Origin: Octopus vulgaris
Lineage: Eukaryota
Assembly: GCA_951406725.2 (NCBI GenBank)
Contig: OX597820.1
Span: 64,418,001 to 64,482,000 of the forward strand
Length of the DNA stretch: 64,000 nucleotides
Direction of reading: 5' to 3'
Below are positions 1 to 12,792 of this stretch, piece by piece. The translations under genes were made by a program, and so were the position numbers. Each line of letters opens with the position of its first letter. The first letter of the stretch is position 1. The notes below the pieces were generated by a model, which ran no database searches, had not been told where the DNA came from, and saw only the letters and a program-made list of their open reading frames with translations.

Positions 1-275
1 AGTAAATTAGAGATCCACAGTAGAATTTGAAGGGCTCCCGAAAAAAAATTTGCTTTACATATGTATTGGTATGTATGGCAAGAATCAGCTAGGCTTTTTT
101 CTCTTAACATTTTACATAGTTCGACCAACACAAGTTGAAAAACAAGATAGGAATTTTGAAAGACTTGTCTATAAAACTAGTTTATAAACATCGAATGGCT
201 TTGGGTGTCCGCCAAAATAAAATAGTAATCAAAGGGGCCCATAGATAAAAGCAAAAAAATGGTTGAGAACCATTG
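1..275. mobile_element. Right end of a hAT-type MITE/DNA transposon remnant, left part outside window
   Basis: Ends in GGTTGAGAACCATTG (261-275), the reverse complement of the CAGTGGTTCTCAACC-type hAT terminus, preceded by GGGGCCC/GGGTGTCCGC subterminal motifs. Confidence 0.5.
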
Positions 276-763
276 GTGTAAATGTGGTATAACATAGGGA
301 CTACTCATTTTCAAAAACAAAAAGAAAAATGGTGTTACTCTTCAGTGTGACGATATAAGGGTTCTCTCTTTACAAAAAAAGGGAAAGAAAGAGACGCTCG
401 ATAGGATGGGGCATTTTTCATGACGATTGCTCAGTATTGTTGACCGCCAGAGCAGATCAAAACAGCCTGAAACAGATAAGACGTTGAAAACGATATATAA
501 AATATACTTGATTTGAATTAGAAATAGAGACAAAAATAAATAAATAAATAGATGGATAAGTAAATAACTGAATATATAAATAAGCAAAGAAATGAAAGCA
601 ATGTTTTTATGCGAAGAATCTTAAAATTACTACTCCGTCGGTCTGTAGCCGCAAATAATGACGATGATTTTATTACTGATAAATAGTATTTAATTAAGCT
701 CAACTGACTTTTTTCTCTCATCCTTTCGAAAATACTTAATTACTGAACACTACCCCACCTATA

Positions 764-800
<37 letters not shown>

Positions 801-1571
801 GTGTATGTGTGTGTGTGTGTGTGTTTATATTCACATATATACATTGGTTTGCATCTATGTATTTATAGAAATACTTATATACACATATACACTCACATTT
901 ATATATAATTTTATTTTGCCGTGATTCATGCGCACATACCTACACTTCTAATAGATATGGGTGCGTATGTATGCTTGTGACTGTGATTTGAAGATAGAAA
1001 AGTCAGACATAAATGATAAAGCAGATGCACTTACTTATCCATTGTACTCTATTACAAGTGAAGGTCATTAAAATAATCCGATATTACCAGAAGCAAGACG
1101 TTCGAAAATAAGGTATCAATTAAACAAATGTTCTACTTGTTAAGGAAGAAGTGTATAGAAGTGATGAAGTATGGAAACAATGTTGTGGCAGGAGAGTAGT
1201 GGCAATTGTTGAGATTGTATCATCTAGTAACTTTGATGTGAAGAAAAATACAAGAGAAATAAATCGTTGAAATTTTAAATTTTCGTTAGGTAAAAAATGA
1301 GTTACAGGTAAAGTAAACAACATGACATTTCATTTCACATATATCATATATCCTTTAGAATATGTTATTGAAATATAACGTGCGTTCTATGGAGAAACGG
1401 ATGCATATATCAAAAATCGAATGAAGTCCTTACGATGGGGTTTCTTTCATTCTAAATTTACTAGGATTATGTATTGTAAACGTGAAACAAACAGAAATAA
1501 TAGATTGAAGAATGGAAGTTAGTCGATACTTTCAAGACTGGTGCTTTATTTTATCGACACTGAAAGGACCA

Positions 1572-1632
<61 letters not shown>

Positions 1633-1727
1633 GATATTATATATATACACACATATATATATATATATATATTATACATATACACATATATATACATACA
1701 TATATATATGTATATATATGCATATAT

Positions 1728-2172
1728 ATATTAATAGTTATCGCCATATTGATATGGCAGTCTATAAATATAAGACTAAAGCTGTCGCTGATTAGCTCCA
1801 AGAGGCCATCGCCTCTCGCTAGCTATATGACACACGAACCTGCATCCATTACAACCTTCGAACAGGGGAGGTCAGTAGCGACACCTGCTGGTTCTGACTA
1901 CGCTGCATTGATAAAGGGCAACATCCCTGAAACATGTCTGCAGATGTCTGACTAGTAAGGTGAAGCGGCTGACCTCCCCTGTTCGAAGGTTGTAATGGAC
2001 GCAGGTTCGTGTGTCATATAGCTAGCTAGAGGCGATGGCCTCTTGGAGCTAATCAGCGACAGCTTTAGTCTTATATTTATAGACTGCCATATTAGTGTGG
2101 CGATAACTATTAATATCCAGTAACGCTATCGTAATCTCCTTTAGAGAGACTTAGTAATTTTAATATTTCTAT
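1728..2172 (+). mobile_element. Inverted-repeat element (Penelope pLTR-like) carrying a hammerhead motif, next to (TA)n
   Basis: 148-bp arms 1728-1875 and 1969-2116 with about 5 mismatches, 93-bp spacer, about 55-bp unpaired 3' extension, then TA-rich sequence. Confidence 0.75.
1903..1943 (+). ncRNA. Minimal type I hammerhead ribozyme, U3-A8 core variant
   Basis: CTGCA-TTGATAA-AGGG caacat CCCT-GAAAC AT GTC-TGCAG: stem I 5 bp, stem II 4 bp, palindromic ACATGT stem III, GUC triplet. Confidence 0.7.
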
Positions 2173-4779
2173 CATATATATATTGATACACACATATACA
2201 TTCATACATATATATGCGTGTATATTTTGAACATACACGCATATGCAGTTCTTTTTTATTTGAAATCTTGCTCGTTTGAATCATCTCCTAACATCATATG
2301 ATCAGTAAGAAATGCCGCCTAACCTAGCAAAAGAGGGCATACTTATATACGTATGCGTGCATATAAATATATATGTGTGTGCGCGCGCACATGTGTGTGT
2401 GTGAGTTAATGTATGTAGGCATGCGTATACTTATGAATGTTTCTGTGAATATGTATATTCGTGTAGTGTGTTTGTGTTTGAGAGAAAGTGACACACAGAG
2501 AGACAGACCAACAGACAGAGGGACAGAACTGATGACAGCAAGAATATGTTGCGTAATTATACCTACAGGCGTGACATGAACCGGAAACTTGAGAATAGTT
2601 ACTGCCCTTCAATATGTCAAAAGTTGAAGAATATTACAACGAAGAAAATATCGATTGGTTGGTATGATCTTGAGTCTCTTGGTCGTACACTTTTCATATT
2701 TCACAAAAGAAATCAAAAATTATAACGAAAAGAACAAAAAACTCAAGTGGTTCCAACGCTAATAGGTGAGAGGTTATCTATATAAATAAAACTACATGTA
2801 TTTCTATTAGGATATGGCCTCATGTGATAAACTATGTGGTTGACTGCCGTGGTGTTGGCGATGGTGATAGTCGTGGTGGTGGTGGTGGTGGTGTCAGTGT
2901 GGAGTTTGGCTGACGTAAAAATGTCCAACAGGTCATGATAAATGGCTAACAGGTCCCAATGTAACCTCGCAATTCAAATCGATATAGAATATTATGGGAA
3001 GCTAACACTGCTTCAGTGGAAATGTTTAACCTGAAAATAAATAAATAAAATAAAATAAAATAAAACTAAACCTCAATAAATTAATGAATAAATAAATAAA
3101 GTGGTATATTATTTCAGCGCGCTGACAGACGTCAGGATTATCAAGGGTGACTGCAATGGATTGTAAGTACAAAAATTATGTAACTTTTAGTAGATGTGCT
3201 TTTTTTTTTAAAGGATTTGAAAGACAAGGAAAGGCGACAGGAATGGAGATTCTACAGGATCTGTATGACCGGAAGAAGTTACAGACGAATATGTTGGTAA
3301 CGTTAAACAATTGTCTTCGCCTTATTGTTTGCAACGACGCACACACACACATACACACACACGCACACATACATATACATACACACTCACCCGATATCTA
3401 GGACGGCGTTCAGAAATGGCCGCTCCACTGGTCCGCAGAATATCGCTCACAGCCCCGCTGTGAATCTCGAGCGTGCAATCAGCGTACTATACTATCGCTA
3501 CTATAATGACGCCTGTCTCTCGGCGCTGATTGCACTTGTATCATGTTGTTAAAGTTTTCCTGCAGCCTTCAGTTATATCACCCTACATAATTCTGTGTCC
3601 AACCCACGCCCCGTACTAACCACTACACTTAATTGTTCCTTATCAAAATATTGGTCATGCAGACGCCCTTCAGCTCCTGTCTTCCCCTTAGTTGTCTTGC
3701 AACGATTCAAAAGAACCCTTTATGGCCGGAATATCTCAGATTTCGGAAAGCTTATAGAAACCTGAGGTACTATATTTCCATCATACACAGTGAATATAAA
3801 AACTGTATCACATGTTAATGTTATCTATACTTATTTTCTACAGAAATCATAGCCAACACTTATTTTGTTTCGACGTTTTGTAATCGATACGCTTCATGTA
3901 AACAGCGATGAAATCGTGGTAAATTTGCGTATATGCCATATTTCATCTTCGATCTCATTGTGTTTAAATCAAACGTCTCGGATATTAAAGGTCGTAACAA
4001 AATTAGTCCTGGCTATAATTTCTATATAGAATCTGTAGAGACAACCTTAACAAGTGATGTAATAGCACTACGAACACTGTAGAACCCAGTATTGATTTAT
4101 AAAAACGCTTAATATACCTTGTAATATATTATGGTTGCATAACGAAATACAGAGGCCATACAAGTCATTAATAAACGTTGTAGACCCCTCTAATTGCACA
4201 GGATACAGAAAGTGGTATCAATTTGGGTGGCATATTATTTTCGCATACTAATATACTTCAGCGTAAAAGAACAATTCTTTGTTCCACGCACTGAGTGACA
4301 ACACAGGAACCATCATGGATAAGGTTCAATATTTGTAGACCTTGATTGCTGAAAACACTATTCTTTTCAGTTCTTCGTACTACTGATCTTCATGTTATGT
4401 TGTTTATGTTTGGTGATATTTCGATATAAACTCATCTGAAATATCTACTCAGATAGATCTGCAATCGAACACAAATATCCTCACGATTAATGAAAGAAGC
4501 TGTTTCAATGAAAAGCGTTTAAGAGATTGCCTTACCTGCTAGAAATGGCAAACAATCACCCTCAAAACAAAGCCTAAAATGTTTAAAATATAACAAACTC
4601 ACCATATAAAGTGATACAAAATAACTTGGCCCAAAATAAAAGACAAACATGTACGGCCTTGACCATCTTCAGTGGAAAGTTTTCCTTCTCTGGGTCGACT
4701 GCGCTGTTATGCAATTCGTACAATATCGAAAAAAAGGATTAGCATAAACTCTTGTTACTTGTTCACTAATAGAATAGAA

Positions 4780-5250
4780 TCTAGATTATGCCTGGCACTG
4801 TAATCTGGTTTTTCAACGTTCTCTGCTTTCATACGACTTCAAAGTTAAATCTTCGTAGAATGGCCATCTCCAATGCTTGTAGATATTTGACAGATAATCT
4901 CCGGGGAGACTATGCTGTGATCTTCTTCATTGTGTTCAGGTATGATGAATAAACAGCTTGTTATATAAAGCTTCTCTCGTCAGTATTCCGACTCCAATAT
5001 CTTTGCAATTTCCGATAAAGTTGTGTACGTCTTTGTGAAGTCTGTATGGATGTTGCGAATAGTCGTGCTGATAGAAGACTAAGAAATAATAGCATGTCTT
5101 ATTGAACAACTACATTGGATGGAGTGCCTTGACTGCCGATGGAACGCTGACTACTTTCTTTCTAATTGAGTTTTACTTAGTTTGTAACAAAACTACAGTA
5201 CGTTGTTAACGATTGAGATACGAATTATAGTGATCGAAAGAGAGGAAATA
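4780..5250 (-). mobile_element. Possible heavily decayed CR1-group LINE RT fragment
   Basis: Minus-strand pieces IRNIHTDFTKTY and RKLQRY..GVG resemble VIHLDFAKAF..KLRGLGIG of the LINE at 19.7 kb; many stops. Confidence 0.3.
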
Positions 5251-6109
5251 TGGGAAAAACGGCTAAGGTAGAAATGTGGTAAACGTGTGTTATGATATGC
5301 CTGCAATATACTTGTCAACGTATGTAGAGAACAAGAAAGAATTTTAATAACATATTTAAAAAGATAAGTTCAAATAGTGAGAGTAATACAAATGTGAAAT
5401 ATTTATTAATGTCAAAACAAAACTTGTTTGGTAATTTACAGTTATTCCAATTTAATCCGATTTACTGAAGACTACTAAAATCTTCCTGTTTTTTTTTTTC
5501 TTTTCTTTCCTTTTTTCTATTGCTAGCAAATAAATTCTTGCAAAGGAATACACCAGCATGGCTTATGCAAATATTTAGGATTCTATAGTCAGCAAGAATG
5601 AAAGATGATTTCAGTTATAAGTTGATTTCTAGAAAAGGTTATAAACTTCTATTTTCAGGTCAAAGGTGATGATGAAATAGAGCAAAATTTATTAGATATT
5701 AATGTTAAAGGTTACTAAATTAATAGCGTAGATCTTATTAATATACATTAATAAGATCCAAAGCGGTGAGCTTATAAAACAAGAAACGTTTCACAAAGTG
5801 AAGACCGTCTAGTCAGTGAAAAGATAACTAGTTTACTATATTAAATGTAATTATATAAAGAAAACATAGACAGACAGTGGCTAATAAGTTCAAAACAACA
5901 CGTAACCAATAAAATGCAAATATATTTTATTACTTCTATAAATGTCTTAGATTTCAGCTGTCGATTATATATATATATATGTATGTAGGTATGTATGTAA
6001 TTATGTATATATGTGTGTTCGTGCGCGCTCGTGTATATGTGTGTGTGTATTTGTGTGTGTATATATGTATCTATATATGCGTGTGTGCGTGTGTGTGTGT
6101 GTATATATA

Positions 6110-6110
6110 C

Positions 6111-6174
<64 letters not shown>
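6110..6174. repeat. (GATA)n microsatellite
   Basis: Directly visible perfect tetranucleotide run. Confidence 0.95.
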
Positions 6175-6178
6175 CATA

Positions 6179-6304
6179 CATACATATATAAAAGAGGGAT
6201 TGCCACTAAGTGGGCATCCAATATGTTAGAAGTAGACTTCTAGGCTGTCTTCTACTTCTAGCATATTGGATGTCCACTTAGTGGTCATCCCTCTTATATG
6301 TATG
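6179..6304. repeat. Hairpin inverted repeat, about 45-bp core arms and 14-nt loop
   Basis: 6192-6236 pairs with 6251-6295, with flanking CATACATATA/TATATGTATG pairing. Confidence 0.9.
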
Positions 6305-7051
6305 GAATATAAATTTCTGAATCGAATTGTACTCGGTGCTGCCCGCCTCCAGTACTGCAGGTAACATGTAAATCAGTAAAGCTGCCCCATGGTCGGGTTT
6401 TGGGCAACTAAAATCGTAACAAAATCCGTCAAAGCGCGGAGGAATTCGTGCGAATCGACAGACATCTTGTAATGGAGTACAAGTGTGTTTCGTTTGTGCT
6501 TGTCTGGGTTTATGTTTGTATATACATAACACACGTATACATACACACAAACACACGCTCGCACGTACGAACTCTTCCTATATTATATACACAATTAATC
6601 GTATGCCGTTCTGTCTACAATCCCTGCATAATTGCTGGTACTGGAAACCACAATTTACATTCATTTTATGGCGTAATATAACACCACGTACTTAGAAAAT
6701 TTCTCATTGACGAAAGACAGACAATTGAAAATAAGGTTCGTATTCTATATAGTCGCACAGATACACATAGGTTTAGAGAGACAAACTTAGAGCATAGAAG
6801 TCTTACATACGTATGCAAAATATACATTTCTAAGTCAGAATGTTATATAGTTCGAATTGCAAATATGCGTGGATATTTACATTGGCGCAAAACACAGGAT
6901 CGGGCACAAAAATTCACACATAGAGAAATTACCACAACAAATTTACAAGACAATCAGGCATCTACAAGTATACATTACCCCTGATATACAAAACAAGCGT
7001 GATAGTAATGAGTGGGAAATGTTACTGATGGTCTCCTTAATCCCAGCCAGT

Positions 7052-7352
7052 GGAGGCGCAATGGCCCAGTGGTTAGGGCAGCGGACTCGCGGTCATAGGA
7101 TGGGGTGATCCCTGCTGTACTCTTTCACCACAACTTTCTCTCACTCTTACTTCCTGTTTCTGTTGTACCTGTATTTCAAAGGGCCGGCCTTGTCACTCTC
7201 TGTGTCACGCTAAATATCCCCGAGAACTACGTTAAGGGTACACGTGTCCGTGGAGTGCTCAGCCACTTACACGTTAATTTCACGAGCAGGCTGTTCCGTT
7301 GATTCGGATCAACCGGAACCCTCGTCGTCGTAACCGACGGAGTGCTTCCATC
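7052..7352 (+). mobile_element. tRNA-derived SINE (family A), internally deleted, with target-site duplication
   Basis: Head GGAGGCGCAATGGCCCAGTGGTTAGGGCAGCGGACTCGCG (A box); TSD AATCCCAGCCAGTG at 7039-7052 and 7353-7366. Confidence 0.85.
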
Positions 7353-7673
7353 AATCCCAGCCAGTGTATATGATGCAAAGTTACCTTTCTTCGTTTATTT
7401 TTATGACAGGAAATATACCGTCTTTAAGCCATTTACTTAAGTCAGTCTACCTTCTAGAAATAGCAGAGGAATTACTCTGTCATCACATTGTCAGCAATAG
7501 ACCAGTAAATTCGCACATTTCATACCCTCTGTCTCGTTAAACAGTGTCACAGAATAAGAGTTATCAAATTACTGGCACAGGTAAAAGAGTTGAGATTTAT
7601 GTTTATATATTTTTATGAGGGTTTATATTTGTGCTGCAATGTAGAAGCTCATAAGATACTTGTTTATTGCCTT

Positions 7674-7727
<54 letters not shown>

Positions 7728-7755
7728 GAGAGAGAGAGAGAGAAAATTCATATAG

Positions 7756-7961
7756 TTTGTCCCCAACCATTGCCTGACAACCGATATTGGTGTGTTTACG
7801 TCCCCGTAAACTTGCGGTGTGTCAAAAGCAACGGAGAAAATAAGTACTAGACTTACAAAGAATAACTCAGTCCTAGAGTAGAATTGTTTGACTAAAGGTA
7901 GTGCTCTAGCCTGGCCCTAGTCAAATGACTGAAACAAGTAAAAGAATAAGAGAATAAAAGA
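7756..7961 (+). mobile_element. 3' half of SINE family B
   Basis: Matches the reverse complement of 15491-15650 and 37815-38000; ends GTCAAATGACTGAAACAAGTAAAAGAATAAGAGAATAAAAGAG. Confidence 0.75.
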
Positions 7962-9741
7962 GTATATATATATATATATTTTACCTATGTATATATGAGT
8001 GTGTGTGTGTGTGTTCAAGACGACGTGTGTCCCAACTGATCCGATCAATGGACAGAATTTGTCGAGTGTAGCCGTTTGTATTATAGGTACATCTCAGGTT
8101 TGACAGTTCAGTGGATCAGAGGAACGTAAAATAAAGTACATTTATCAAGGACAGAACGTGCCGGCGCGAAAAGGTGCAGAGCCGACTCCTCCATGTTTTC
8201 AAATACACGAATCGAACATTTAACCAGCTGGTTGCAAAAGAAAATTTACAAAACAGAGTTGTATTTGTTGTTGTGGTCGCCTGAAATAAAACTGTAATAT
8301 TAAAAGTCTAATTGAAATGGCTGAATGATTTCAAATAGAATGGACATATGGTTGAAAAGTTGCGGGAAATGTTTTGTAGAACAATTTGCATACCAGCATA
8401 CTATCGTTATATGTTTCAAACTCAAAAAGCGTGTTCCACTGGTGTATCATAATCAGTGAGCCATGCCTCATTTCTATAAGTGGAACATAATTCATAACTA
8501 TATTATTTCAAACGTAAATGCTTTACTGTATTAACTAAATCTGTGATGTCTGTTCTATCTTCAGAAGTTTCCGTTTTAGTGGAGTGGGAACGGGCAAAAA
8601 TTTCTTTCTATTTTGGTTGAGAAGCAAAGGGAGTTGTAGAGAGAGGAGGAGAGGAGGAGAGGTAAATAGAGTATAAAAGAAGAGAGCATATTACAGATGC
8701 AAGGACAAAAGTATAGAAAATATTTTGTATAAAATTCTTCACTTTCTACGATTATTTCCTTAAATTCAGTAAGTACGTCTATTTATACCTATACACAAAC
8801 ACACAGACACACACACAACTACGCATGCACTCATACACATATATCCATACGTACAAACATGCACACATACATACACAAACATATATGTGTGTGTGTGTGT
8901 GTGAACGTATGGCTGTGTCTGTGTCTTAGTAAATGTAAGAATGTATGCTTGTCATTGGGCACATATGTTAATGAATATTTGTATGTTTTAGTGTGAGTCT
9001 ATTTGCATATGCAGTTTTTGCTCTCTATTTCTCCTTTGGAACGACTTTGGAACGATTTTACTGAAGAAAGAAATAAAAATCTTTTCTATTTCTAAATTCT
9101 GATCTTTCTAAGTTAACAACATTCCAAGGCTTGTGTCATATTTTTGCATTCGGCAATAAAGACAAAACCCGTCATCAACCAAAAATCCTTTCCTTTCCAT
9201 TCTCTTTCATGCTGATTCAAAATATTTTGATTGAATCCATTCCTAAGTACGTTTCAAAATTAAACCCATAATATATATTGGTTGAGCAATTTATGACGGT
9301 ATAACGTCCGGGGTTACTCGTAACAACATTTCTCCCAGGTATAGAGTGAACAAACATAAGCTGTGCATGTGGAGTTGAATGTACAAATGTATTAAGAAGG
9401 TCGATGTGACTAAAGTCAGACATTCGTTTTTATTTAGTTACACACAATAATCTGATCATCTAGCGATCTAGTGAAAATAAAGCAGAATGAACAAGCTGTA
9501 ATGGCTCCATGGAGTAATAAAATAAACCAAAACAAAAAAAAAAACTATCTTGTGGGAGGTACAGAAAATGTAGGAACAGAGATGAATGAGAATAGAGAAC
9601 AAATATGTCAGTAAATCTGGGTTTTGAGTGCAGTGCATTTGCTTGTTAACAACATTAATGAGTCTCGTGATCATTCAAGTAAGAATACAATAACGCAGAC
9701 ACACACATACAGTATTATTTATATATGGGTGTATTTGTGCA

Positions 9742-9790
<49 letters not shown>

Positions 9791-9799
9791 TTATAACAA

Positions 9800-9925
9800 A
9801 ATATAAAATGGGACAAGGACGCAAAATATCCAGAAGACGATACAAAAAACACGGACGGGTCATTCGAAGCCTTTAATCTTCAGTCAAGAACCGGATCATC
9901 CTCGCAATTTCGGCTGATTAAACCA
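9800..9925. repeat. Dispersed repeat, copy 1 (copy 2 at 44998-45123)
   Basis: Shared GAAGACGATACAAAAAACACGGACGGG..CGAAGCCTT.AATCTTCAGTCAAGAACCGGATCATC...GCAATTTCGGCTGATTAA; both copies follow (TA)n. Confidence 0.8.
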
Positions 9926-10029
9926 AGCTAAGAGCATTAGATTCCTTGGAAAAAAGCTTCGAATGTATATGAAACAAGGACGGAAAAACGGACGATGTTA
10001 CACGAATATAAATACAATAATAATACGAA

Positions 10030-10079
<50 letters not shown>

Positions 10080-11142
10080 TATATATATATGAATATATGT
10101 ATGTATATGTATGCATGTATGTAGGTAAGTATGAATTTACAGATGGCCTTGTGCAGAGTTTCTGTTTTACGAAAGCTGCGCACATTATATTAATCTTTCC
10201 GAGCCTAAAAAAAATCAATTTATTGGTATACAAAAACCGTCCCTACACTACTATTTCTTGTAGAGACGTGTTTGTTAACAAATACTGCTACAAATTAGGC
10301 CTCTTCCGTTTTAAGAAACTGTACCGGAGCTAGAATATTTCCTTGTTGAATTTCGCCATTTTCCAGAGATTCTAAGCCGATATCTCATTACCAAAGTAAT
10401 GTGCAAGAGCATTGTAGCACTCAGGCAGACCGACCCTTTCATAAGTTGGTAAGAAAAATCCACTAAATGGACAGTCGTCTGTTCCATAGCAGGCATTCTA
10501 AACAAATTATCAATCCCAGAACTGACAAGGATCTCCACAACGCTTTTGTTAAAATCTCTTGAACTTTTATCCATCCAGATGAGATACTTTTGACTGAATT
10601 AGCGACATATAACGCTCTTTTCGTACGATAGTAACTTCATTACACTTGCAGATCCAATATCATTTCAAAATCGGCTGCTAATGTAGCTGCAGGTCTTATA
10701 TGTCAGCGAAAATCCTTTATTTATGTTATCTGCTCTTATGAGCAACTTCAAAGTGTTCTCTGACGCCCCTGATTCGGATATTGCTATGTATATATGTAGA
10801 CAGGGATGTAGTAATATATTTCTCATAATCGTGGCTTCTTTCCTGAGTATATCGTTTAACTTGTTCAACGAAGTAAAGCATACGAAGACGAGATATCGTT
10901 ATCTCTACTGACTCAAACTTTAACTTTGCACATATTGAATTACCTATGATATTTTATTGTTACCACATACTCACTTTATGTGCTTTGTTTACATGCTCCT
11001 TTCCTGCGGAATAGCATCCGGCGAAATGTGTCTTTAAGAAGGTGGGTGTTGAAAATTATCGAATAAGGAGCACATAAGCAAAACATACGCAAAATATGTG
11101 GTGTAAATAATGTTTGCATTATTAGAGTTGCTGCTTATGAAG

Positions 11143-11352
11143 ATGGCGAGCTGACACAATTGTTAGCACGCTGGACGAAATGCTTAGGCGTATTTTGCAC
11201 GTCGCTACGATCTGAGTTAAAATTCCGCTGAGGTCGACTTTGCCTTTCATCCTTTCGGGGTCGAGAAATTAGGTACTAGTGAAACATTGTTGTCGATGTA
11301 ATCGACTGATCCCTTTCCCCGAAATTTCAGGCCTTGTGCCTATAGTACAAGG
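11143..11352 (+). mobile_element. tRNA-derived SINE family C
   Basis: GGCGAGCTG..GTTAGCACGC..GAGGTCGACTTTGCCTTTCATCCTTTCGGGGTCGA core shared with at least 6 copies here; imperfect TSD ATTATTAGAG(TTG)CTGCTTA. Confidence 0.8.
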
Positions 11353-11908
11353 ATTATTAGAGCTGCTTAGAATTCATAAATGCACACCAGCAAATGGACC
11401 CTATACTGTTTTCATTCTTTATCACAAACCAACGATTAGAGTTCGTTTCGTAGTTACACAATTACATGGGGCTGCGCAGCTGCAAAATTATATCGAGCTA
11501 TCAACGTTTATAGTTCTCGATCACTTGTAGGGTGAGTTGTCTCACCTTGTTTGAGGAATATTGTGGGTTTTCAACTCTGGACGGCTTAAAGCGACATTTT
11601 CACTGGCGTTACTCCGTAGTTAAGGAGAGAATGAACAAAATACATACAGTAAGTATATGGTATCCATAGTGTTTGCATTATTAGAAGTGCTTATTACTCG
11701 TAATATATTTTATATTATTTCTATATCGTGGTTATGTGGTGAAAAGTTTGCTTCCCAACCTCAAGATTTCTATATTAAATACATACTGAATGAAGGTGTG
11801 CATATTTATTGTTCACAGAGTGAAACGCTTATTATAATAGACTACTACCGAATGAGTTAGGCTTCGAAAACATTTCTTTAAGGCTTTTGCAATATAATGG
11901 CACAAGAA

Positions 11909-12123
11909 GGCGGAGAGCTAGCAAAAAAGTTAGCACGCCGGGCGAAAAGCTTAGCGGCATTTCGCCTGTCTTTACGTTATGAATTCAAATTCCACCAAGG
12001 TCGACTTTGCCTGTCATCCTTTCGGGGTCGATAAAGTAAGTACGATTTGCGTTCTGGGATCGATCTAATCAACTAGCCCCCACCTCCCCCCAAATTTCGG
12101 GCGTTGTGCCTAGAGTAGAAAAG
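11909..12123 (+). mobile_element. SINE family C
   Basis: Same head and core; imperfect TSD AATATAATGGCACAA / AATATAAGAGCACAA. Confidence 0.8.
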
Positions 12124-12740
12124 AATATAAGAGCACAAACTTTAAACAAAAAGTGGAAAAGAAAGAGAGATTGAATGATATAAAGAGATACCTGGATAGC
12201 TAGATATGTTAATGGAAATGTTTAATTCTAAAATAGATCAGAGGATAAAGTTTGCATGTGGATATGTGTCGGGCAACAGGATTTGTCAAATGTCAATACT
12301 CTAATAGCCCTAAAGAGTTCAACGTTCTAACTGTTACTGTAGTTGCTGCGTTTCCAGACGTCTTGTCTTAATTGATAACTAGGTCTCTAGGATTAATGAC
12401 TTGTGGATATATTGTTAGATACGTAAGTTAAATAGTGGCTATGCCTGTACGTTGCTAAGTAAGTTGTTATATAGCTAGGTTCGTGGGGATACACTACGTA
12501 GATACACAAAGTTCTGTTCGGTTTTGTTTGATTTAGTTCGAAGTCTGTCTTGAATGATTATATTTAAGGATAAATGCATTCTATCCATGATAGCCTCACC
12601 ATATGACGGCCTCCCAATGTCAGCTTCATCACATCAGTATTTCCCAGAATGAGCGGTACAACCCGCCTGGGGCAGTGGAAAGATCCAATGTGGCGTTGAA
12701 GAAAGGTGGGGCGATAATGGAGTAACCATGTAAAAACAAC

Positions 12741-12792
12741 AAAATAAAGGGTTAATTAAGTTAATTTAATTATTTAATTAACCCTTTATTTT
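12741..12792. repeat. AT-rich perfect 19-bp inverted repeat
   Basis: AAAATAAAGGGTTAATTAA ... TTAATTAACCCTTTATTTT. Confidence 0.8.

Noticed and set aside
4640-4680. Minus-strand CTGAAGA-T-GGTC-AA-GGCC
   Set aside because: No GAAA and no stem I
7052-7100. tRNA genes at SINE heads (also near 21300-21367 and 38170-38247)
   Set aside because: No complete cloverleaf; they run into SINE bodies, some with TSDs
9855-9920. Minus-strand GAAA...CTGAAGA as a permuted hammerhead
   Set aside because: Stems cannot be closed next to the core without gaps; kept only as a repeat
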